From the NCBI GenBank assembly GCA_964497155.1, contig CAZCCB010000002.1, positions 1 through 38,241 on the forward strand: a stretch of DNA of 38,241 nucleotides, in the 5' to 3' direction. Shown here piece after piece: positions 29,608 to 38,241 of the stretch. The notes beneath the pieces were generated by a model, which made no database searches, was not told where the DNA came from, and saw nothing but the letters and a program-made list of their open reading frames with translations. The stretch comes from an uncultured Nitrososphaerota archaeon (GTDB taxonomy: Archaea > Thermoproteota > Methanomethylicia > Culexarchaeales > Culexmicrobiaceae). The first letter of the stretch is position 1. Every line of letters starts with the position of its first letter. The position numbers were made by a program, and so were the translations under genes.

Positions 29608-30630
29608 ATGCCCTGCACAGTAATCGTTGGAGGGTTCTTTGGAGATGAAGGAAAGGGAAAAATAGCATCATATCTAGCATTAAAAGATAAAGTTAACATT
29701 GCCGTTAGGACAGGATCAGTTAATGCTGGACATACAGTAGTAGTAAATGGGGAAGTATATAAATTAAGAATTATACCAAGTGCATTCGTATATGAGAAAT
29801 GTAGATTACTAATCGGAGCAGGAGCAAATGTTAATGTATCAATATTTTTGAAGGAAGTGGAAAAAACAAGGTGTAAAGATAGAGTAGGCATTGATTATCA
29901 GACTTCAATAATAGAGGGAAAACACATTAGGGAAGATAGAGAAGACACTTATTTAGCAAAGAAAATAGGAACTACTGGACAGGGAGTAGGACCAGCAATA
30001 GCAGATAGAGTTAGAAGAAAAGCTAAACTAGCTAGAGATATTGAAGAATTAAAGGATTATTTAACTGATGTTGCTTTAGAAGTGAATTCAGCCCTAAGAG
30101 AAGGGAGAAAAGTAATTCTAGAAGGAACTCAAGGAACATTCTTATCATTATATCATGGAACATATCCATATGTAACAGGTAGAGATACAATAGCATCAGC
30201 AGTCTGTAGTGAAGTTGGAATTGGACCAAAAATGATAGACCACGTCCTAATAGTTTTTAAAGCATATGTAACAAGAGTTGGAGGAGGACCCTTACCCGGA
30301 GAATTATCTCCAGAAGAGGCTGAAAGAAGAGGATGGATTGAAATTGCAACTGTAACTGGAAGACGTAGAAGAGCGGCTCCATTTAATTTCGAATTAGCCA
30401 AAAGAGCAATAATGCTTAATGGAGCAACACAGATAGCATTAACTAAATTAGATATACTCTTCCCTGAAATAGCTGGAGCAAAAGAATTTAATGAACTTCC
30501 AAATGAAGCAAAGAAATTTATAAATAAAATTGAAGAAAAATTGAAAGTTCCAGTAACATTAATTGGAACTGGAAAGGAAATATTTGATATAATAGATTTG
30601 AGAGAGGAGAAATTGAAGAATAATGATTAA
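29608..30630 (+). CDS. purA: adenylosuccinate synthetase (short archaeal type)
   Basis: 340 aa with the N-terminal GGFFGDEGKGK P-loop, plus GTTGQGVGP and TKLD motifs. Confidence 0.9.
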   Translation: MPCTVIVGGFFGDEGKGKIASYLALKDKVNIAVRTGSVNAGHTVVVNGEVYKLRIIPSAFVYEKCRLLIGAGANVNVSIFLKEVEKTRCKDRVGIDYQTSIIEGKHIREDREDTYLAKKIGTTGQGVGPAIADRVRRKAKLARDIEELKDYLTDVALEVNSALREGRKVILEGTQGTFLSLYHGTYPYVTGRDTIASAVCSEVGIGPKMIDHVLIVFKAYVTRVGGGPLPGELSPEEAERRGWIEIATVTGRRRRAAPFNFELAKRAIMLNGATQIALTKLDILFPEIAGAKEFNELPNEAKKFINKIEEKLKVPVTLIGTGKEIFDIIDLREEKLKNND

Positions 30631-31063
30631 GAGGGAATATCCAAATCAACCAATAGTAGGTGTAGGGGCAGTAATTATAGATGATAATGGAAAAGTACTT
30701 TTAGTCAAAAGAGCTCAACCTCCAGGAAAAGATTTATGGGCAATTCCAGGTGGAATTGTTAAACTTGGAGAAACATTAAGAAATGCTGTAAAGAGAGAAA
30801 TAAAGGAGGAAACTGGATTAGAAATTAAAGTTGGAGATATACTCAAGATATTTGAAGTAATAGATAAGGATGAGAACAATAAAATTAGATATCACTACAT
30901 TATAATCGACTTCGAAGCCAGAGTTATCGGCGGAAAATTACATCCATCTTCAGATGCACTAAATGCAAAATGGTTTAGTTCAGTTGAGCTTAAAAAAATA
31001 AAAATGACGAGAACAACTAGAAAATTATTAAATAAATTAATGGAAGAGGGGAAAATAAAGTGA
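30623..31063 (+). CDS. Nudix hydrolase
   Basis: 146 aa with the Nudix box GGIVKLGETLRNAVKREIKEETGL. It overlaps purA by 8 nt. Confidence 0.85.
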   Translation: MIKREYPNQPIVGVGAVIIDDNGKVLLVKRAQPPGKDLWAIPGGIVKLGETLRNAVKREIKEETGLEIKVGDILKIFEVIDKDENNKIRYHYIIIDFEARVIGGKLHPSSDALNAKWFSSVELKKIKMTRTTRKLLNKLMEEGKIK

Positions 31064-31070
31064 TTTCTTC

Positions 31071-33626
31071 TCACCTAAGTCTAAATAGTGTATTGAATAG
31101 GAACTTGAATGTTCCATGTGTTTGTGCTCTAAATTGCGGTCTAAACGCGATTAAAATTATTCTTCCTTTTTCATATTTAGCTGAAATCATTGCAGGTTTC
31201 CTACTTAAATGCTCTTCACCAATTAACCAGCCACTTTGGAAGATATCCCTATCAGGATAATGAACTACGACTTCATACAATTCATTATTATAGCTCGGAA
31301 GAATTTGAAGTACTGGACTATCATGGAACATTACATAAGCATTTCTAGGCATTCCATAACCTAATGGATGATTAGTATTTACGATTACTTTAAGCATTGA
31401 ACCTGGACAGAAGAACTTTTGTGGTTCAAGCTCTAAAGATAAATCCTTAATTGGAAGTTTAAATGCATTAATTGCAAATTCACATGACCTATTAAAAGTA
31501 ACTAGAATACCACCATTTTTAACGAATTCCTTTAACTTCTCAACACCCTCCTTCTTTAAGCCACTTCTATATTCTGGGGGGATAGGTGGCAATACTATTG
31601 GTCTCTTTAATCTTTTAGTTAATTCTTCTTCAATTTTCTCTCCAGTAATTAAACATGGAAAATCATTTGGAATTATTAGTAAGTCAATTTTTTCATTCAA
31701 TTTACCATTTAAAATCTCTTTATCCATTATTATTTCATATGGAAAGCCATATTGTTCAAGAAGCCATCTAGTCCAGCCTTCGTCCATGTTTCCTCCATAA
31801 TATCTTTGATAAATACCTATTCTCAATCTCTCTAATTTAGCCATTTTAACCTTTAATTCTGATTTCAAAGCTTTAAACGGTACATGAAACTTAGTGCTAG
31901 CCTCCCTAATCTTACCTATAGCATTCTTCATTTGAGGAATATAGAATGTTCCTGGAGGATAAGTCTCATTTTCAATTGATATTTCCTCAGTAATTCTCAT
32001 AACCTCAAGTCCAGAATCCAATAGGTAGTTAACTGCCCTATAACTGTCATTAAATCTACAATCAAGTATGTAGCCATACTTCGATTCATTAATCTCATAC
32101 TTAGGGTAATCAATTTCTTTCACTAATTCAAATTCACCTTCAATTTTCTCTTCAACTGACTCCACTTTAACACCCATGTAATCTGGGATGGTATATGCAG
32201 CTACATCATAGGGTTTGAGTGGTGTACCATCCCTAGCCCTAGTCCATTCATTATCCGGATAAATTGTTTTTTCTAAAACATACTTGACGAAAGCTCTTGC
32301 TGGTTGAGCTAGGAATATTACATATGTTCCAGCTGGATAGACTTTATTGCCGACTCTAAATTCTTTCTTAGCTCTATGAACCTCAATATCTAATCTTAAG
32401 AACATTTCAATTAACTTTAATGCTGTGAGTAAGTCATGCTGAATTGGAGAAATTATGAAAGCATATGGTGGTTCCTTCATTCCCCTTTCAATATTTCTCA
32501 TAGCCTTAGCATACATATTTCTTAGCAATACTTCTCGTAATTTAGCTGCTAATTCAAGCGCAGCTAAATTTGAAATTTTCTGCTGCCTAATGATGTCTTT
32601 TAATCTCCACCATCCACCAGGCCATGGATTTGGAAAACTCATTTGCGGTCTATCTGCAGCACGTCCTCTATGCCCAGTTAATTGATGGGGATGAATGTAT
32701 ATTGGAGTTGCAATTTTAACAGTTGCGGATTCAGTTAACATTCCAATAATATTAAGGAAATTAGCGAGATTAAGGAAGGATGCCGTCCATTCAGCAGTGA
32801 ATGGTGGGCCGCCTTCAACACCCTTAATGCCCTCCTCTTCAAGTCTAACAGCCATATAACCTCCAAACATTTGATGCTCACGCCAAACTAGTGGATCAAT
32901 TTCTGGACTAATTGGATCATACCATGGGGGAATGTATAATCTAGCTCCATAACTGCCCATGTGATGATTATCAATATATACTTGAGGCTTCCATTCCTTA
33001 TAAACAACCTTGGCAAACATTTGTGATTCCTTTTGAGTTAACATATATGCATCTCTATTGTTATCATGACCACAATATTTGTGATATAGCCATGGTGGAG
33101 GGGAGCCTTCATATTCGGTTCCAAGCCACTTATAATACCAATCCACAACAATTATTTGTCCATCAGGATTAAAGCATGGGAATAGAAGTAGAATTACATT
33201 ATCAAGAATTTCTTTAATCTTTTCATCTTCACTAGTTATAAGTTCATAGGCTAATTCAATAGCCATTTGAGTGCCGCCAACCTCAGTTGCATGCAAACTA
33301 TTAGTTATAGCTACTACAGCTTTGCCTTCCTTTATCATCCTTTCAATCTCATCTTTAGGCAAACCCTTTGGATTGGCTAGCTTATATGAGATTTCTCTAT
33401 ATTTTTCTAAGTTAGCTAAGTTTTTTGGTGAAGAAATATATGCTAAGATAAATGGATTTCCCTCAGTAGTTTTACCCAGCTCAACAACTTTGATTTTATC
33501 GGAATTCTCATCTAGCATTTTAAAGTATTCTACAATTTTATCCCATCTAGCTAACTTTCTATCCTCACCAATTTCAAATCCAAAAAATTCCCTAGGTGAG
33601 GGAATCTTCTTCATAATTGGTAGCAC
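31071..33626 (-). CDS. M14-like zinc carboxypeptidase domain protein with a large C-terminal extension
   Basis: 851 aa. The N-terminal domain has the HxxE zinc motif (NSLHATEVGG) and a downstream His (IDNHHMG). The C-terminal roughly 350 aa resemble a class-I amidotransferase-like fold. The family assignment is from memory only. Confidence 0.55.
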   Translation of the reverse strand: MLPIMKKIPSPREFFGFEIGEDRKLARWDKIVEYFKMLDENSDKIKVVELGKTTEGNPFILAYISSPKNLANLEKYREISYKLANPKGLPKDEIERMIKEGKAVVAITNSLHATEVGGTQMAIELAYELITSEDEKIKEILDNVILLLFPCFNPDGQIIVVDWYYKWLGTEYEGSPPPWLYHKYCGHDNNRDAYMLTQKESQMFAKVVYKEWKPQVYIDNHHMGSYGARLYIPPWYDPISPEIDPLVWREHQMFGGYMAVRLEEEGIKGVEGGPPFTAEWTASFLNLANFLNIIGMLTESATVKIATPIYIHPHQLTGHRGRAADRPQMSFPNPWPGGWWRLKDIIRQQKISNLAALELAAKLREVLLRNMYAKAMRNIERGMKEPPYAFIISPIQHDLLTALKLIEMFLRLDIEVHRAKKEFRVGNKVYPAGTYVIFLAQPARAFVKYVLEKTIYPDNEWTRARDGTPLKPYDVAAYTIPDYMGVKVESVEEKIEGEFELVKEIDYPKYEINESKYGYILDCRFNDSYRAVNYLLDSGLEVMRITEEISIENETYPPGTFYIPQMKNAIGKIREASTKFHVPFKALKSELKVKMAKLERLRIGIYQRYYGGNMDEGWTRWLLEQYGFPYEIIMDKEILNGKLNEKIDLLIIPNDFPCLITGEKIEEELTKRLKRPIVLPPIPPEYRSGLKKEGVEKLKEFVKNGGILVTFNRSCEFAINAFKLPIKDLSLELEPQKFFCPGSMLKVIVNTNHPLGYGMPRNAYVMFHDSPVLQILPSYNNELYEVVVHYPDRDIFQSGWLIGEEHLSRKPAMISAKYEKGRIILIAFRPQFRAQTHGTFKFLFNTLFRLR

Positions 33627-33741
33627 CTAAATAAAATTATTAATCTAATCATGTTTTTACAGTTTCGCAACCGCAAATTGTAATTAATGTGAATGAGAAT
33701 TTCTAATTGGCTTAGTAATGTAATTATTAGAGGAGATTAAG

Positions 33742-35100
33742 TTGAAGGAACTCGAGGGTTATAAGGGAATTTCACTTAAAGTGTTGCTTGATGCTGGAGT
33801 CAAGATTGGAGATCGAATTAAGATAACATCTAGAGGCCATGTATTTGAAGGAATTTTAATGCCTAGGGCAGGTGTATGTGACGATAGGCACGTAGTTATT
33901 AAGCTTGATAATGGTTATAATATTGGAATAAGAGTTAATGAAAATACGAAGATAGAGGTTTTAGAAAGAAAAGAAGTTGAGTTGGCGTTTAAAAGAGAGG
34001 AAGCATTATTTGAGAAGAAGGTAATTGAACCTAGAGTATCAATAATAAGTACTGGAGGAACAATTGCTAGTAGAGTTGATTATAAAACTGGAGCAGTATA
34101 TCCAGCATTAACAGCTGAAGACCTATATAGTGTCGTCCCAGAATTAAACAATATTGCAAATATAAAGGCTGAAGTACTTTTCAGCATTTTTAGTGAAAAT
34201 ATGACACCTAAGCATTGGATTGAAATTGCCAAGAAAGTGGCGAAATATATTGAGGAAGGATTTGATGGAGTGGTAATTGCGCATGGAACAGATACTATGG
34301 GGTATACAGCTGCAGCACTAAGCTTTGCATTACAAAAACTTCCAATACCAGTAGTTTTAGTTGGCTCACAGAGATCATCAGATAGACCATCATCAGATGC
34401 AGCAATAAACTTAATATGTGCAGTTAATACAGCTGGAAAAGCTCCATTCGCTGAAGTAGTAATTGTAATGCATGGAAGTTCAAGTGATACATTCTGCCTT
34501 GCGCATAGAGGAACAAAGGTTAGAAAATGTCATACAAGTAGACGTGATGCATTCCAATCAATAAATGCAAGTCCATTAGCAATGATTAAGCCATCTGGAG
34601 AAATAATAATGCTAACAAGGGATTATAGAAAGAGAAAAAATGATCATTATGTTGAACTTAAAGCTTCATTTGATCCTAAAGTAGCATTAGTTAAGATATT
34701 TCCAGGAATGACTTCAGATTTAATAGATGTCTTAGTGGATAAAGAGTATCATGGAATAGTTATAGAGGGCACTGGGCTTGGACATACACCATATAGCATA
34801 TTTCCAGCAATAGAAAGAGCCATTCAAGAAGGAATAGCGGTAGTGATGACTTCCCAATGTCTATGGGGTAGGATAAACATGAATGTATATAGGACAGGAG
34901 TAGAACTCCTAAACATGGGAGTAATACCTGGCGAAGACATGCTGCCTGAAACAGCATTAGTAAAATTAATGTGGGTTTTAGCTCAAACAAGAGATCTAAA
35001 GGAAGTTCGAAAATTAATGCTAACCAATATTGCTGGAGAAATAAATCCAAGAAGTGTACATAGCCACTTCATAGCAAATCCATATGAAAATTTGAGGTGA
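33742..35100 (+). CDS. gatD: Glu-tRNA(Gln) amidotransferase subunit D
   Basis: 452 aa with a TTG start behind AGAGGAG. The asparaginase-like motifs are STGGTIAS and HGTDTM. Confidence 0.9.
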   Translation: MKELEGYKGISLKVLLDAGVKIGDRIKITSRGHVFEGILMPRAGVCDDRHVVIKLDNGYNIGIRVNENTKIEVLERKEVELAFKREEALFEKKVIEPRVSIISTGGTIASRVDYKTGAVYPALTAEDLYSVVPELNNIANIKAEVLFSIFSENMTPKHWIEIAKKVAKYIEEGFDGVVIAHGTDTMGYTAAALSFALQKLPIPVVLVGSQRSSDRPSSDAAINLICAVNTAGKAPFAEVVIVMHGSSSDTFCLAHRGTKVRKCHTSRRDAFQSINASPLAMIKPSGEIIMLTRDYRKRKNDHYVELKASFDPKVALVKIFPGMTSDLIDVLVDKEYHGIVIEGTGLGHTPYSIFPAIERAIQEGIAVVMTSQCLWGRINMNVYRTGVELLNMGVIPGEDMLPETALVKLMWVLAQTRDLKEVRKLMLTNIAGEINPRSVHSHFIANPYENLR

Positions 35101-35104
35101 AAAA

Positions 35105-37024
35105 ATGAAATACGACTACGAAAAATTGGGATTAAAAGTTGGATTAGAAATCCATCAACAATTAGATACTAAACATAAGCTATTCTGTAACTGCCCAACA
35201 ATACTTAGAGACGATAAACCAGATACAATAATTATTAGACGATTAAGACCAACACAAAGTGAATTAGGAGAAGTAGATCCAGCTGCACTCTTTGAATTTA
35301 AAAGAGGAAGAACATACATCTATGAATCATATAATGATAGCATATGTTTAGTAGAGCATGATGAAGAACCTCCACATGACTTAAATCCAGAAGCTCTAGA
35401 AATAGCTCTTCAAATAGCATTGATGCTAAACGCTAAGCCAGTAGATGAGGTTCATGTAATGAGAAAAATTGTAATTGATGGGTCAAATACAACTGGATTT
35501 CAACGTACAGCAATAATAGCATTAGGAGGCTATGTCGAAGATGAAGAAGGAAGGGTACATATTAAAACAATATGCCTAGAGGAAGAGGCTGCGAGGAAGA
35601 TAAAGGAGGAGGGAGTAAACGTACATTACAGGTTAGATAGACTAGGAATACCTTTAATTGAAATAGCTACAGCACCAGAAATAAGGAATCCAGAACAAGC
35701 AAGGCGAGTTGCATTGAAAATTGGTAGATTAATGAGAATTACTGGAAGAGTAAAGAGAGGATTGGGAACTATTAGGCAAGATTTAAATATATCAATTAAG
35801 GGTGGAGCTAGAATTGAAATAAAAGGTGTACAAGACTTAAACTTAATACCAAAAATAGTTGAATATGAAGTTCAAAGACAATTAAAATTATTAGAGATAA
35901 GAGATGAATTAAGAAAGAGAGGTTTAAATGAAGAGGATATTAAAGATGAATTTTACGATGTAACCCATGTATTTAAAGATACAAAGTCAAAATTACTAAG
36001 AAGAGGATTAAAACGTGGACATGTAATAATGGCAATTAAACTTCCAAAATTTAGTGGTCTATTAGGGAAAGAAATTCAGCCAAATAGGAGGCTTGCAACT
36101 GAAATGTCTGAAAGAGCAAAGTTTTGGGGTGGTGTAGGTGGAATTATTCATACTGATGAATTACCAGCATATGGAATTACGATTGAAGAAGTGAGAAAAT
36201 TAAGAGAAGCAGTGAAAGCTGAAAGTCAGGATGCAGTAGTGATAGTTATTGGTCCGAAGGAAAATTGTATTGAAGCATTAAAAGTAGTTGCTGAAAGAGC
36301 TAGAGAAGCAATTAAGGGGGTACCTGAGGAAACTAGAGCAGCAAATCCTGATGGAACAACAAGATACAGCAGACCAATGCCAGGCGCAGCTAGAATGTAT
36401 CCTGAAACAGATGTTAGACCAATACCAATTAGCGAGGAATATATTGAGGAATTAAAGAAAAAATTACCCGAACCAATCGAAGTGAAAATTGAGAAATTCA
36501 TAAAGAACTATGGCTTAAGTAGAAAGCTAGCTGAAGAAATAATTGACTCCCCAAAACTTGAGCTATTTGAAAGGATAGTTAATGAAGTCAACGTCCAGCC
36601 CAAATTAATTGCATCAACACTAGAGTATACCCTGAGAAGTCTAATGCATGAAGGAGTAAATGTAAGTGAAATAAAGGATGAACACTTCATAGAATTATTT
36701 AAGTTAATTGAGAAAGGAAGACTTGCAAAGGAGGCAATACCAGAGGTGCTTAAATGGATAGCAAATAATCCAAATAAAACAATTGCAAATGCAATCAAAG
36801 CACTTGGAATAGAATTAATGTCAATTGAGGAAATTGAAGCCTTAGTTGAAGAAAAGATAAAGAAAAATCTTGAAGTAGTAAGGAGTAGAGGATTAAAAGC
36901 TATGGGAATAATAATGGGAGAAGTCATGAAAATTGTAAGAGGAAAAGCTGATGGAAAGATTGTTAGTGAAATAGTTAGAAGAAAGATTCAAGAAATCATT
37001 AAGTCTAATCAGAAACTTCCTTAA
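35105..37024 (+). CDS. gatE: Glu-tRNA(Gln) amidotransferase subunit E
   Basis: 639 aa with the N-terminal GLEIHQQL...KLFCNCP motif, the GatB/E core and a C-terminal YqeY-like tail. It sits immediately after gatD. Confidence 0.9.
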   Translation: MKYDYEKLGLKVGLEIHQQLDTKHKLFCNCPTILRDDKPDTIIIRRLRPTQSELGEVDPAALFEFKRGRTYIYESYNDSICLVEHDEEPPHDLNPEALEIALQIALMLNAKPVDEVHVMRKIVIDGSNTTGFQRTAIIALGGYVEDEEGRVHIKTICLEEEAARKIKEEGVNVHYRLDRLGIPLIEIATAPEIRNPEQARRVALKIGRLMRITGRVKRGLGTIRQDLNISIKGGARIEIKGVQDLNLIPKIVEYEVQRQLKLLEIRDELRKRGLNEEDIKDEFYDVTHVFKDTKSKLLRRGLKRGHVIMAIKLPKFSGLLGKEIQPNRRLATEMSERAKFWGGVGGIIHTDELPAYGITIEEVRKLREAVKAESQDAVVIVIGPKENCIEALKVVAERAREAIKGVPEETRAANPDGTTRYSRPMPGAARMYPETDVRPIPISEEYIEELKKKLPEPIEVKIEKFIKNYGLSRKLAEEIIDSPKLELFERIVNEVNVQPKLIASTLEYTLRSLMHEGVNVSEIKDEHFIELFKLIEKGRLAKEAIPEVLKWIANNPNKTIANAIKALGIELMSIEEIEALVEEKIKKNLEVVRSRGLKAMGIIMGEVMKIVRGKADGKIVSEIVRRKIQEIIKSNQKLP

Positions 37025-38087
37025 GTTTATCAGGCAGATACTTGTCAACTATGTATGATAAACCATATCGACTAAAACTCTGCTGTTCAGCTTTCTTTTT
37101 AATCTTCAGAAATTCATTAATTTCCCTAGCCCAAAATGGATCTTGATATCTAGGATCCCTTTGCAACTGTAAAAGCCTATTAATATCCCCCTCAGTCATT
37201 GGTTCAGTAGGTAATTTATATCTCGTTATATCGGTAGCCCATACTCCAAGCCATTTAGCATCAGGGGTTGTAAGTTCAGTTAAGTGAGCTGCATTTGCTG
37301 AACCTGAGATAATAACCATTGCAATATGCATTCCCCAAACATCAGCATCAGTCAATATATACACTGGGAGCCCTAATTCCTGATTTAATCTCCTGAGGAA
37401 ACGTCTAGTAGCTCTTGGTGCTTGACCAGCAGTATGAACTAATATTGCATTAAATCGTTTATGAACCTTCTCTGCAATAAACCTAGTAAATAGGCCTCCA
37501 GTTTCAATTGCTATAACCTTATCAGCATTACACTCAACAAATTCAGCTGATAATAGCGATGGCCCAATCATCATACCGTCAGGATGTGAAGCTAGGTTAA
37601 TTCTCTTACCATAATAATCTGGATCTGGAGTAGTATACTCTATAGTTAAATCGCCGAAAACTGCGCTTCTCTCCTCTGGAAATATCATAAAATCTTCTCT
37701 TGGAACACCTAATATAGTTTCTAAATCGGATACTATTTCATTTGATTCCTGTTGATTATTAAATTTAATTCCAAATGCTTCAGAATTATAGTATAAGTCT
37801 CTAAGAGTTGTAGGTTGATTTGCAAGCATGGATTTATATGCAAAGAAAGCTGCCCAAACGAGTTGCGTTAATGATCTTATTTGGCGTATATTTGCAGCAC
37901 TCCTAGTTATTAATTGATTACCCAAGATATACTGTCTAAGTTTTGGATCATAAACTATATTTGAGGTAGTTCTACTCCTAATTTTAACTCTAGGAAATTC
38001 CCCTCTCATCAACTGATCATAAATTGATAAACCAAATTCACGTAACTTGGCTAAGATATATTCCCTATGCTCCCTAGCCCTACTCAT
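37005..38087 (-). CDS. top6A: DNA topoisomerase VI subunit A (Spo11-like)
   Basis: 360 aa with the catalytic-Tyr region LRDLYY and the Toprim motifs IETGG and LTDADVWG. Confidence 0.9.
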   Translation of the reverse strand: MSRAREHREYILAKLREFGLSIYDQLMRGEFPRVKIRSRTTSNIVYDPKLRQYILGNQLITRSAANIRQIRSLTQLVWAAFFAYKSMLANQPTTLRDLYYNSEAFGIKFNNQQESNEIVSDLETILGVPREDFMIFPEERSAVFGDLTIEYTTPDPDYYGKRINLASHPDGMMIGPSLLSAEFVECNADKVIAIETGGLFTRFIAEKVHKRFNAILVHTAGQAPRATRRFLRRLNQELGLPVYILTDADVWGMHIAMVIISGSANAAHLTELTTPDAKWLGVWATDITRYKLPTEPMTEGDINRLLQLQRDPRYQDPFWAREINEFLKIKKKAEQQSFSRYGLSYIVDKYLPDKLKEVSD

Positions 38088-38241
38088 AATATGATAACCT
38101 CCTTAAAAGCCTATAAACATCAGGTGGCCTGCTCTTTCCAGCTAATTCAGTTGCAAATTCAGCTATCTTCGGTAAATACTTCTCTAAAATACTAATCTTC
38201 CTTCTAATTGCAGCTTTCCTCTCTTTCCTAGTAAGATAAGC
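38080..38241 (-). CDS. top6B: C-terminal fragment of DNA topoisomerase VI subunit B; the 5' end lies outside the window
   Basis: My own translation gives AYLTRKERKAAIRRKISILEKYLPKIAEFATELAGKSRPPDVYRLLRRLSYYE*. The stop TAG at 38082..38080 overlaps the top6A ATG (ATGAGTAG). The assignment rests on the conserved B-A gene order. Confidence 0.55.
   Translation of the reverse strand, partial: AYLTRKERKAAIRRKISILEKYLPKIAEFATELAGKSRPPDVYRLLRRLSYYE

Noticed and set aside
31060-31260. 66-aa plus-strand ORF after the Nudix gene
   Set aside because: It overlaps the well-supported C-terminus of the M14-like gene on the opposite strand. It has no RBS and no recognisable motifs.

Overview
This is a densely packed, AT-rich archaeal chromosomal window. 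Reverse gyrase marks a hyperthermophile. NucS/EndoMS, Topo VI A/B, GatD/GatE, archaeal-type SAM synthetase, RIO2, an Sm-like protein and a DUF460 protein give a crenarchaeote-like housekeeping context. I could not identify the organism.

I support about 35 protein genes. They include a four-gene group-3b-like [NiFe] sulfhydrogenase operon, a P-type ATPase, an S9 peptidase, a radical SAM enzyme, CTP synthase, NadE, PurA, a Nudix hydrolase and an M14-like peptidase. Many genes start with TTG or GTG behind a GAGGTGA-type Shine-Dalgarno, so the ATG-biased ORF track truncates some N-termini.

I found no tRNA, rRNA, CRISPR array, transposase or integrase.

Features the ORF track does not explain:
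- pyrG is split by a 26-nt insertion. It folds into a near-textbook bulge-helix-bulge (BHB) splicing motif, and removing it restores the conserved N-terminus exactly. This is a candidate archaeal mRNA intron.
- Three GC-rich intergenic islands are canonical C/D box sRNAs with 12-nt guides. The guides appear complementary to universally conserved rRNA motifs.
- A metallophosphoesterase has its catalytic N-terminal motifs upstream of any canonical start codon, abutting the stop of a KaiC-like ATPase gene.
- There is an unannotated 55-codon zinc-ribbon ORF.
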